Source: a virus (taxonomy: Duplodnaviria > Caudoviricetes). Taken from it: DNA of 26,742 nt. The position numbers and the translations under genes are program-made. The stretch covers positions 1 through 26,742 of IMG/VR virus record IMGVR_UViG_3300025277_000123. One strand, given 5' to 3'. The number at the start of each line of letters is the position of its first letter. Within the stretch, counting starts at the first letter, position 1. The notes below the pieces were generated by a model. It was not told where the DNA came from. It saw only the letters and a list, made by a program, of their open reading frames with translations, and searched no databases. Shown one piece after another: positions 9,619 to 16,249 of the stretch.

Positions 9619-10121
9619 GTGGTGGCTTCTCCCTCGATGAACTAACCACCGCGCTCCACGACGCGGTCATCAAGGCCTCGAACATAGGTGAGCAGGCCGC
9701 TCTATCCGCTATTCAAAAGGAAGAGCAGTGGGTCGTTGTGCTAAACGACGACGGAACTCCAGCGCAAGATGACCACGGTAATGCTGTCTACAGGCCGCGC
9801 ATGGTCACTCTGCGGTTGCCGTTCTGGGAGGATGGCAAAAAGATTGAGCGAGACATCGAGGTTCCACTCTCTACCTTGACGACCAACAGCCAGCTGATGC
9901 TCGACAAGATCTCCGTGAAGATGAAAGTTCAACTCCATGGCCTCGATGACAAGGCCGATCTTGGTTGCGAGCACAGAAAGATTCGCATCAACACGAATAC
10001 GGGCGGGTTTCTTGGAAAGAAAAGCGGTAATATGGCTGAGCTTGAGCTCGTGTTTAGCGGCAACGATGCAGCGGAAGGCGCAGTAAGAATCGATAACCAA
10101 CTGATCAAGCTCATTCCTTAG
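9615..10121 (+). CDS. DUF2589-like protein (short partner)
   Basis: 168 aa. Pattern 'LDELTTALHDAV..A...', 'IEVPLSTL...QLMLDKISVKMKV' and '...AEGAVRI' matches my recollection of the shorter member of DUF2589 gene pairs. Confidence 0.7.
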   Translation: MSGGFSLDELTTALHDAVIKASNIGEQAALSAIQKEEQWVVVLNDDGTPAQDDHGNAVYRPRMVTLRLPFWEDGKKIERDIEVPLSTLTTNSQLMLDKISVKMKVQLHGLDDKADLGCEHRKIRINTNTGGFLGKKSGNMAELELVFSGNDAAEGAVRIDNQLIKLIP

Positions 10122-10129
10122 GAGAAAAA

Positions 10130-10732
10130 ATGCCTGATGGCCTCGTCTCAATGTCCTCCCAGTTTGGTGGCTTGCCGATGGATCAACTCATCGGTGGACC
10201 ACTCAAGGCTGCATGCGATTCACAGGTACAGCTCGCGGCTGCTACTGCAGACTTCATTCAGACCGTTGGCCTTGAGAAGGATGCGAATGGTGTCCTCACA
10301 ACCAGGACGGTTGACTTCACCTACCAGAAGCCGGTGAACGATGGGCAGGGTGGGTTCACAGAAGAAACCAATAGTCTTTCTGTTCCCTTGCTTGCTATCC
10401 TGAATACTCCATCGCTATCTGTGAAGGAAGTGGACGTGGAATTCACGATGGAGGTGAAGTCCAGCACCTCATCCAAGGCCAGTCGCGATTACCAGGCCAC
10501 CCTGGATACCGAAATCAAAGCAGGGTGGGGCCCGGTCAGTGTTGACGTGAAGATCCACGGGTCAGTCTCATCTCACAATGAGAACACGAGGAGCTCGGAT
10601 AACTCCGCAAAGTACACTGTGAAGGTACTAGCCCGAGACGACGGAATGCCTGAAGGACTAAAGCGATGTCTTGACATCGTTCAACAGGCTATTGCAGAGA
10701 AGCCACAACCAGCAGCTCCAGTCCAACCGTAG
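10130..10732 (+). CDS. DUF2589-like protein (long partner)
   Basis: 200 aa with GGAG RBS. 'QFGGLPMDQLIGGPLKAACDSQVQLA..T.DFI..VG', 'VPLLAI..PSL.V..V.V.F.MEVKS' and 'RSSDNSAKYTV.V.A.....PEGL.R.LD' are characteristic DUF2589 motifs. Confidence 0.85.
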   Translation: MPDGLVSMSSQFGGLPMDQLIGGPLKAACDSQVQLAAATADFIQTVGLEKDANGVLTTRTVDFTYQKPVNDGQGGFTEETNSLSVPLLAILNTPSLSVKEVDVEFTMEVKSSTSSKASRDYQATLDTEIKAGWGPVSVDVKIHGSVSSHNENTRSSDNSAKYTVKVLARDDGMPEGLKRCLDIVQQAIAEKPQPAAPVQP

Positions 10733-10742
10733 GTAGATCATG
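10728..10742 (+). repeat. 15-nt imperfect direct repeat, copy 1 (cgtaggtagatcatg)
   Basis: 14/15 identical to 11507-11521. Spans stop codon, RBS and start codon. Confidence 0.6.
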
Positions 10743-11105
10743 GCAATCAGCATTACAACAATGTCGACCAGTATTGGTGCCGACGTTGTTTACGACACCG
10801 GAGTCGGTCTTACCGCTGTCGAGAACATCGTTGGCGGCTCTGGCACCTGGTATACGATCTGCGCCAAGAACACAGACTCTGCAACTGCATACCTCAAGTT
10901 GTTCGACGCCAAGACATGCGTGCCTGGTACTGATCATCCGAACTGGGTGCTGCAGTGCAAGGGTAGCGATACCAGCATCTGGACTGTTCCAGACGGGGTG
11001 ACGTTCCCAACTGGTTTGAGCTACTTTGCGTCGGAAGAGCAGGGCATTACGGCCACAACGGCACCGAGTGCGCTGACTATGTGGATCGTTATTAAGAAGG
11101 ATTGA
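10740..11105 (+). CDS. Small beta-rich virion protein, paralog C
   Basis: 121 aa. Contains 'GGSGTWYTICAKN..SATAYLKLFD...PGTDHP...WTVPDGVTFPTGLSY'. Confidence 0.75.
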   Translation: MAISITTMSTSIGADVVYDTGVGLTAVENIVGGSGTWYTICAKNTDSATAYLKLFDAKTCVPGTDHPNWVLQCKGSDTSIWTVPDGVTFPTGLSYFASEEQGITATTAPSALTMWIVIKKD

Positions 11106-11109
11106 TACC

Positions 11110-11511
11110 ATGGCTACTTCCGCAACAACATTCAGAACGAATATCGCATCCATTGAGGTGGTGGATACCGATTGCACTACGACCAGCAGCAACGACCTTA
11201 CTGGTAGTGTTGGAAGTCTAGGGCCGATCATGTATGAGATCGACAACACCGGAAACACCACGACCTTTGCTCACCTCAAGGTGTACGACAGCGCGGACCC
11301 TGCTGACGGCGGCAGTGCAAGTCCAGAACTCATTCTTCGCGTGCAGGCCGGCGTGAAGCGGCAGTTCATTTGTATGACTGAAAATACGACCCCAGCAGGA
11401 GACGAAATTGCCAACCTGTCGCTGCGATGCGTGACGGAAGGCGGTATTGCCGGAACCACCAGCCCAACATCTGACGTGACTGTTCGTGTTCTGATTAAGG
11501 ACATGTCGTAG
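11110..11511 (+). CDS. Small beta-rich virion protein, paralog D
   Basis: 133 aa. Contains 'GSVGSL...EIDNTGN...AHLKVYD...SPELIL.V.AG' and C-terminal 'TTSPTSDVTVRV'. Confidence 0.75.
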   Translation: MATSATTFRTNIASIEVVDTDCTTTSSNDLTGSVGSLGPIMYEIDNTGNTTTFAHLKVYDSADPADGGSASPELILRVQAGVKRQFICMTENTTPAGDEIANLSLRCVTEGGIAGTTSPTSDVTVRVLIKDMS

Positions 11512-11521
11512 GCAGATCATG
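11507..11521 (+). repeat. 15-nt imperfect direct repeat, copy 2 (cgtaggcagatcatg)
   Basis: 14/15 identical to 10728-10742. Confidence 0.6.
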
Positions 11522-12292
11522 TTGATTCGACGTGGAGCTCGGGGAGAGCACGTTCGCGAGATTCAGGTGATTCTGAACAGAATTGGGTTCGGGCCCCTAG
11601 CCGAGGACGCTATCTACGGGCGCGGATGTGAGAGCGCGATCCGCCTTTTCCAGAAGGCCGAAGGGTTGGGGGTAGACGGCATCATAGGCCCGAACACCAT
11701 GGCGGCCCTAAGGGGCGAGCCAACGCCAAATACGGGCCAGGAACCGGCCATCCTCGGCGTGCTTCGCGCCAAAGGGTACACGGTTTTTGACGATGGCCAG
11801 GTGAACATAATTGGCGTCAGGTCCAGCAATGCCATTGCCAACAGCTTCGATGATGAGATGCACCTGGTTTGGAAGAAGGGCAGCTGGAATCACAAGACCT
11901 ATCCGTGTACTTGCGATCCAGGCACTTACTATCTGGAGCATCCAATGAAGGTAGAGGGCACTGCCATACTCTGCCCAGGGCAGTACCCGGTCTACAAATT
12001 CGACAAGCATCGGGGCACCTATGTCACTTTGTGCCAGAGGGCAGGTCCCGTGAAATGCTGGCGCGATAATACGAAGGACTCCATCCTTGACCACACAGGG
12101 GACCCCTCCATTTCGTGGGGAATTAACATCCACCATGCTGGCACTGACAGCACTGAAGTTCAAAAATGGAGCGCCGGCTGCCAGGTTTTCAAACGGCTGG
12201 AAGACTGGAGTGAAGCCGTGTCTATCTGGAAGAGCTCAGGTGCTGATCTATTTACCTATACGCTCATCGATGATACAGATCTGACCTCTTAG
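11519..12292 (+). CDS. Endolysin: N-terminal peptidoglycan-binding domain plus YkuD/L,D-transpeptidase-like catalytic domain
   Basis: PG_binding_1 signature 'LIRRGARGEHVREIQ..L...DAIYG...AIRLFQ..GL.VDGIIGPNT'. C-terminal 'GINIHHAG...WSAGCQVF' has a His...Ser-x-Gly-Cys motif. Confidence 0.8.
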   Translation: MLIRRGARGEHVREIQVILNRIGFGPLAEDAIYGRGCESAIRLFQKAEGLGVDGIIGPNTMAALRGEPTPNTGQEPAILGVLRAKGYTVFDDGQVNIIGVRSSNAIANSFDDEMHLVWKKGSWNHKTYPCTCDPGTYYLEHPMKVEGTAILCPGQYPVYKFDKHRGTYVTLCQRAGPVKCWRDNTKDSILDHTGDPSISWGINIHHAGTDSTEVQKWSAGCQVFKRLEDWSEAVSIWKSSGADLFTYTLIDDTDLTS

Positions 12293-12301
12293 GAGGAGAA
12301 A

Positions 12302-12556
12302 ATGGACCTCAAAGCACTACTAGAACAGCACAAGATCAAGGCCAGCTTCGTTGGCGGCGCCCTTGTGGTGAGCACAGCATACGGAAGCTGCCAGTTTATG
12401 GCCCCCGCGGAAGAGCCAGCGCCTGTAGAAGAGGCTGCTCCCGATGCTGAAGAGTCGGCAGAGGAAGAGGAGGCACCTGCTGCTGAAGAGCCTGCAGAGG
12501 AGGCACCTGCTGCTGAAGAGCCTGCAGAGGAAGAGGAGGCCGACGAGGAGGCATAG
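12302..12556 (+). CDS. Small acidic Glu/Ala/Pro-rich protein with N-terminal hydrophobic segment (possible lipoprotein)
   Basis: 84 aa with strong AGGAGG RBS. 'FVGGALVVSTAYGSC' is followed by an acidic EEPA-repeat tail with no basic residues. Confidence 0.7.
   Translation: MDLKALLEQHKIKASFVGGALVVSTAYGSCQFMAPAEEPAPVEEAAPDAEESAEEEEAPAAEEPAEEAPAAEEPAEEEEADEEA
12466..12531 (+). repeat. Perfect 30-bp tandem repeat (about 2.2 copies) encoding EAPAAEEPAE
   Basis: aggcacctgctgctgaagagcctgcagagg occurs at 12471-12500 and 12501-12530. Confidence 0.95.
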
Positions 12557-12564
12557 GCCTCCTC
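12545..12564. terminator. Hairpin at the convergence of the two genome arms (possible bidirectional terminator)
   Basis: gaggaggc-atag-gcctcctc forms an 8-bp perfect stem whose 4-nt loop contains the TAG stop. There is no U-tract. Confidence 0.45.
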
Positions 12565-12575
12565 ACGCGCCTACC

Positions 12576-13211
12576 TCACTCTGTCGCGGCTTCACTGCCC
12601 ACGGCATCAGTCGCCTGGCTCGCATCGCTTTCTGGGATGGGGGCCATGGTGACGATGAGTTGCTTGAGGAGCTCCTTGAGCTCATCGTCTCCGGTGCTTC
12701 GGCTTGACAGCGCCGTGAGGACCTCATCAGGCAGCGGCTGCGTCTTCACGCTGACATTCACAGCTGGCGCACCGTTGTGGTACTGCAGGTCGGTTTGATT
12801 GAGCGCGTCGACCCAGCGGACCACGAGCATCACACATTCGTTACTCGAGGCATCCCGGCGGATGTCGGCCTCGAACTCCATCGGCTTCCACTCACCGTTG
12901 CCCTGGGTGTGCTCGATGTGCTTGAGCATGTCCTTGATCGTATCGTTCACCTTCTGCTCGAACAGGCCGGCTCCGATGTTTCCAATCAGACCAGTGAGTT
13001 TCCACTTTGTGTCGTGAAGCCTGGTCCTGTGACTCGACCAGGCCTTGGCTGTTTTCTTGTCGATGAGGATGCTATCGCAAACCTTGCGGACGATCTTGAG
13101 AAATTCCTCAGCCCGCATGATGGAGTCTTCTTCCTCCGAATCCTTGTTGGCGCTGGGCTTCAAGCCAATCTTCTGCGCATTGATGTGGTCCATTTCGGTC
13201 AGCAAAGACAT
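12576..13211 (-). CDS. Hypothetical protein
   Basis: 211 aa with AAGGAG RBS, last gene of the yqaJ-recT unit. Confidence 0.75.
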   Translation of the reverse strand: MSLLTEMDHINAQKIGLKPSANKDSEEEDSIMRAEEFLKIVRKVCDSILIDKKTAKAWSSHRTRLHDTKWKLTGLIGNIGAGLFEQKVNDTIKDMLKHIEHTQGNGEWKPMEFEADIRRDASSNECVMLVVRWVDALNQTDLQYHNGAPAVNVSVKTQPLPDEVLTALSSRSTGDDELKELLKQLIVTMAPIPESDASQATDAVGSEAATE

Positions 13212-13246
13212 TGAGATACTCCTTAGGCTGTTGGCCTATATCCTGA

Positions 13247-14200
13247 TTAAGCGAACGGGTCAGCGTCTTCCGCGAGCTCGACCGGCTCTTCTGGTTCTGG
13301 GTGGTCGTGTACGAATTCGTTTGCGGGCTCTTCTGCAGCAGTCTCGACCACCCTCTTGGCCCTGCTCTTTCGCCTTTTCCTCTGCGCAGGCGGTGCGTCC
13401 GCATCAATGGTCTCGGTGACATTGAGCAGTGCCTGCTCGCCCGCATCCTTCTCAAGGTCCTTGCGGACGGCTTCTGGCACGAACATGTCCGTATTCTGGC
13501 CAGCAATATCCGAGACTGTGTCGTGGGCCAGCGCGGCCCTCGCATCAGCTGTGAGTGGCAGGTACTTGCAGATGCGTCGGATGACGGTCTTGCGCCACAT
13601 CTCTTCGGTGTGCGTGACCCACGGCCCTGACTGGCCGCTGCGTGCCGAGTTGCGGATGGACTCGATCTGGTCTCGGCGCATGACCTCAACCTGCTTCTGG
13701 CCATCCTTGAAGAAGCACACAGCGTATGCGAGCACGGGCTGACCGGGATCCCCATCGTACTTCGGGCGGTGCCGAAGGACCTCTCCTCCCTCCAGATCGA
13801 AGACGTGTTCGAAGTCCTCGTTCTCGTGGACCACCCGAGCCACAAAGTTGGCGACATCGCCTGATCGGCGCACCAACTCCATCAGGCCGGTGTAGTCAAT
13901 CCAGAGCTCGGCTTCCATGGTTTTCCGCTTGCTGTTGTAGAGCGGAACCAGGTGGGCTCGGTGTAGCACACCGCCGGCGACAAGGTTGAGCTCGCAGGCC
14001 TTGGCTAGAGAGGTGTAGACAGACTCTGGGCTGCAGTCCAGAAGGCGTTCGTTCTTGTAGGCCTCAAAGCAGGCCAGGTTGACGATGCGCTCAATATCTG
14101 TGCCCTTGGGGGCGATTCGCTTGAGGGTGGGGGATTTTCGCTCAAGGTATCGCTTGAGATCGTTCAGTCTGCCTGACTGTGTAAGTGCTGTGTTGCTCAC
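13247..14200 (-). CDS. recT: RecT-family single-strand annealing protein
   Basis: Motifs 'LLDCSPESVY.SL..ACELNL', 'AHLVP', 'IDYTGLMELVRRSG' and 'PWVTHTEEMWRKTVIRRICKYLP'. Adjacent to a YqaJ exonuclease. Confidence 0.93.
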   Translation of the reverse strand: MSNTALTQSGRLNDLKRYLERKSPTLKRIAPKGTDIERIVNLACFEAYKNERLLDCSPESVYTSLAKACELNLVAGGVLHRAHLVPLYNSKRKTMEAELWIDYTGLMELVRRSGDVANFVARVVHENEDFEHVFDLEGGEVLRHRPKYDGDPGQPVLAYAVCFFKDGQKQVEVMRRDQIESIRNSARSGQSGPWVTHTEEMWRKTVIRRICKYLPLTADARAALAHDTVSDIAGQNTDMFVPEAVRKDLEKDAGEQALLNVTETIDADAPPAQRKRRKSRAKRVVETAAEEPANEFVHDHPEPEEPVELAEDADPFA

Positions 14201-15162
14201 GATTTATCTCCAATGATGCGCAGCACCCGGGCGCCAACGCGTACTGAAAGGTAGGACTCGTATAGTTCCGGGTGGTCCTTTTGAAACTTCTTCTGGTCGA
14301 ATCGCTGAGAGTCTTTGTTCTTCTTCCAGGTGGCGATCTTATCTATGCCGGCGCCGTCGCCGATAGCGGCCCTCAGTCTGTTTTCGATTGTGCTCTTCTC
14401 AGACGAGAGCTCCTTGTGGAGCCGACGAACCTCGAGTAGACGCTCGTGCATTCCGATTTCATTCCCAGTCGCTGGGCGAAGTGACTCCGCTTTTGGGCGC
14501 GGGTGCATCAAGGCGAGTGCCGCCTTGGCTAAATCGCTGCCATCCGGAGGTGGCGGGACGTTCCCATCGACGTGCTTGCCCCACCAGGCGAGGGCGGTAT
14601 CGAGGATCTGTGTGCCAAGTTCCTTGTCGCGATCGATTCGATATTCTCTGTAATCGTCCAGTCCAATCAGAACGGCGACATCCCATCGATCCAGATCGGA
14701 CACCTCCATGTAGACTCTGCACTGCACCTCGACATCGAGTGGAACCAGGCCTGTCCCGCCTTCTCCCCATCCGCGCGAGGATCTGCGGGTCTTGATCTCC
14801 AGCCCCCACGTTTGATTGCGTGAGTCTGTGACAATGCGATCCGGAGTGCCAAAGATATGCGGCCTTTCGGGGTGCCAGACCAGGCCACACTCCTTCACCT
14901 CTACGTTTGGATTGCTCTCGGCGTAGAGCTCAGACACATACTTCTCCATGATCCGGCCACGCTTCATGACTGGATTGTCTGATTGCTCTTCGATTTCGAG
15001 GCGCATCTTGTTCGACCAGAGCGCAAACGGGCTCTTCCCGAAGGAACCGTTCTTCATTTCACTGCTGGCTGATGCGCACACGATGGAGGCGATATCGGTA
15101 CCGCCTAGTCCACCCTTTCGTTCACGGAGCCACTGCTGCCGTTCGTTGGTTGTCATGTTCAT
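14197..15162 (-). CDS. YqaJ-like (lambda exonuclease family) recombination exonuclease
   Basis: Motifs 'WLRERKGGLGGTD', 'GRIME', 'GTPDR' and 'LEIKT', plus 'QCRVYM'. The start is moved from 15207 to ATG 15162 because a promoter lies in between. Confidence 0.92.
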   Translation of the reverse strand: MNMTTNERQQWLRERKGGLGGTDIASIVCASASSEMKNGSFGKSPFALWSNKMRLEIEEQSDNPVMKRGRIMEKYVSELYAESNPNVEVKECGLVWHPERPHIFGTPDRIVTDSRNQTWGLEIKTRRSSRGWGEGGTGLVPLDVEVQCRVYMEVSDLDRWDVAVLIGLDDYREYRIDRDKELGTQILDTALAWWGKHVDGNVPPPPDGSDLAKAALALMHPRPKAESLRPATGNEIGMHERLLEVRRLHKELSSEKSTIENRLRAAIGDGAGIDKIATWKKNKDSQRFDQKKFQKDHPELYESYLSVRVGARVLRIIGDKS

Positions 15163-15168
15163 AAAGGA

Positions 15169-15197
15169 AGCGTAGTCACGGCTGATGGGTGTGTCAA
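15169..15197 (-). promoter_or_regulatory. Sigma70-type promoter TTGACA-N17-TACGCT for yqaJ-recT (probably leaderless)
   Basis: -35 at 15192-15197 and -10 at 15169-15174. The ATG lies 6 nt downstream of the -10 with no SD sequence. Confidence 0.75.
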
Positions 15198-15214
15198 GGA
15201 GGCACACATCGGGG

Positions 15215-15243
15215 TGGACATATTATGGTAGTTTGGCTATTCT
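15215..15243 (+). promoter_or_regulatory. Divergent sigma70-type promoter TGGACA-N17-TATTCT for the HTH gene
   Basis: -35 at 15215-15220 and -10 at 15238-15243, followed by a GGAG RBS and ATG at 15264. Confidence 0.6.
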
Positions 15244-15263
15244 TGCCAGCGGAGAAGCACCCG

Positions 15264-15506
15264 ATGGCCACAGTCGAGCAGTACCGTATGGCGTTACCTG
15301 GCCGCAGTAGCCGAGCTTCCTTTACAGAGTGGTTGAACGAACAGCTGGCGCCAATGGATCAAAGCCTTAGCGTTCACTACCTGCGCGACCTGGAACGAGG
15401 AAGAAAGATTCCATCACTATCATTGGCCGTCGCCATTTCACGCGCAACCAGCGGTGTTGTTTCACCCGCCGAGTGGCCTGGCCTCTCGTTCAAATTGCGG
15501 CTTTGA
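15264..15506 (+). CDS. Cro/XRE-like HTH transcriptional regulator
   Basis: 80 aa from ATG 15264. 'LSVHYLRDLERGRKIPSLSLAVAISRATSGVVSPAEW' is an XRE-type recognition helix and tail. Confidence 0.8.
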   Translation: MATVEQYRMALPGRSSRASFTEWLNEQLAPMDQSLSVHYLRDLERGRKIPSLSLAVAISRATSGVVSPAEWPGLSFKLRL

Positions 15507-15713
15507 ATAGCGGCACCAGGTGCACACCTTGTTTGAATCGATCAGCAGCAGCACTGACCCTGGACCGCACCGAGCGCAGAAGCCTGGAATGACTACGCCG
15601 GATTCACCATCAAGGGCGAAGACGTCTCCATGCCGAACGACTGTTCCGTTGGGGATATCTTCCCAGTTAAGCTCGTGCCCCGGAAACGGTACAATCACGC
15701 CTGAAGTTGCCAC
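15462..15713 (-). CDS. Possible small Zn-ribbon protein
   Basis: 83 aa with GTG start and CARC...CTWC. It fills an otherwise empty gap but overlaps the HTH 3' end by 45 nt. Confidence 0.45.
   Translation of the reverse strand: MATSGVIVPFPGHELNWEDIPNGTVVRHGDVFALDGESGVVIPGFCARCGPGSVLLLIDSNKVCTWCRYSKPQFEREARPLGG
15667..15695 (+). promoter_or_regulatory. Possible promoter TTAAGC-N17-TACAAT for the H1-like gene
   Basis: Near-consensus -10 at 15690-15695, 46 nt upstream of ATG 15742. Confidence 0.4.
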
Positions 15714-15741
15714 AACCCCATCCTAACAAACAGGAGTTCCC

Positions 15742-16047
15742 ATGCCTCTTATTGATCGAGACAAACTTAGAGATATCCGAAGAAACTGGAAACGGCGGAA
15801 TCTCAGCAAGGACTTGCCGGAACTGCTGGCTCACATCGACATGCTTGAATCGATGGTCGGAGAAGGCAAGATCACCGTCAACGTCGGCGCCATCAAGGCC
15901 ACAGTTGATGCGGGCCCAGACGGCAAGTTCGGCACCAAGGACGACTCGGTGAAGCTCAGCCGCGCCAAGAGGAAGCCTGCCGCACGGAAGAAGGCACCCG
16001 CAAAGAAGGCCGCCGCAAAGAAGCCGGCGGCTAAGAAGAAATCCTAG
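15742..16047 (+). CDS. Small basic protein with histone H1-like PAKK tail
   Basis: 101 aa with CAGGAG RBS. C-terminus is 'KRKPAARKKAPAKKAAAKKPAAKKKS' and there is an internal 'DAGPDGKFGTKDD' loop. Confidence 0.8.
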   Translation: MPLIDRDKLRDIRRNWKRRNLSKDLPELLAHIDMLESMVGEGKITVNVGAIKATVDAGPDGKFGTKDDSVKLSRAKRKPAARKKAPAKKAAAKKPAAKKKS

Positions 16048-16241
16048 GATTCGATTTCGGTGCGCAGCGCAGCTGTCATCAACTGGAACGCGATCCACTC
16101 CTTGCGAAGCCGAAGAGTTTTCTTGAGCTCTGTGCGCACGGCTTCGTACCGTGGTCCGTAGGCGACCAGGTCATCGTCATCGTCTACTACCATCCAGCCG
16201 TTTTCACTGCTTTCAAGATTCCAGCCCTCGGGTAGTATCAC
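16044..16241 (-). CDS. Hypothetical protein
   Basis: The ORF track gives 16044-16358. A GTG at 16241, just after the upstream stop at 16250, avoids a 109-nt overlap. Its stop overlaps the convergent gene's stop. Confidence 0.55.
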   Translation of the reverse strand: MILPEGWNLESSENGWMVVDDDDDLVAYGPRYEAVRTELKKTLRLRKEWIAFQLMTAALRTEIES

Positions 16242-16249
16242 TTGGCTAT

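Noticed and set aside
5607-11511. Diversity-generating retroelement or invertible tail-fibre cassette to explain the paralogs
   Set aside because: No reverse transcriptase, invertase or near-identical TR/VR DNA repeats were seen. The paralogy is visible only at protein level.
12466-12531. 30-bp repeats as a possible CRISPR mini-array
   Set aside because: The copies are directly adjacent with no spacers and are in frame within a coding sequence.
13108-13857. 249-aa same-strand alternative-frame ORF overlapping recT
   Set aside because: The Arg/Ser-rich composition is typical of an off-frame reading, and the RecT frame has the conserved motifs.
15163-15263. ORF-track N-terminal extensions of YqaJ (to 15207) and the HTH gene (from 15189); similar extensions at 18625, 21284, 23178 and 16358
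   Set aside because: They run through predicted promoters or overlap upstream genes. Downstream starts with an RBS, coupling or promoter support fit better.
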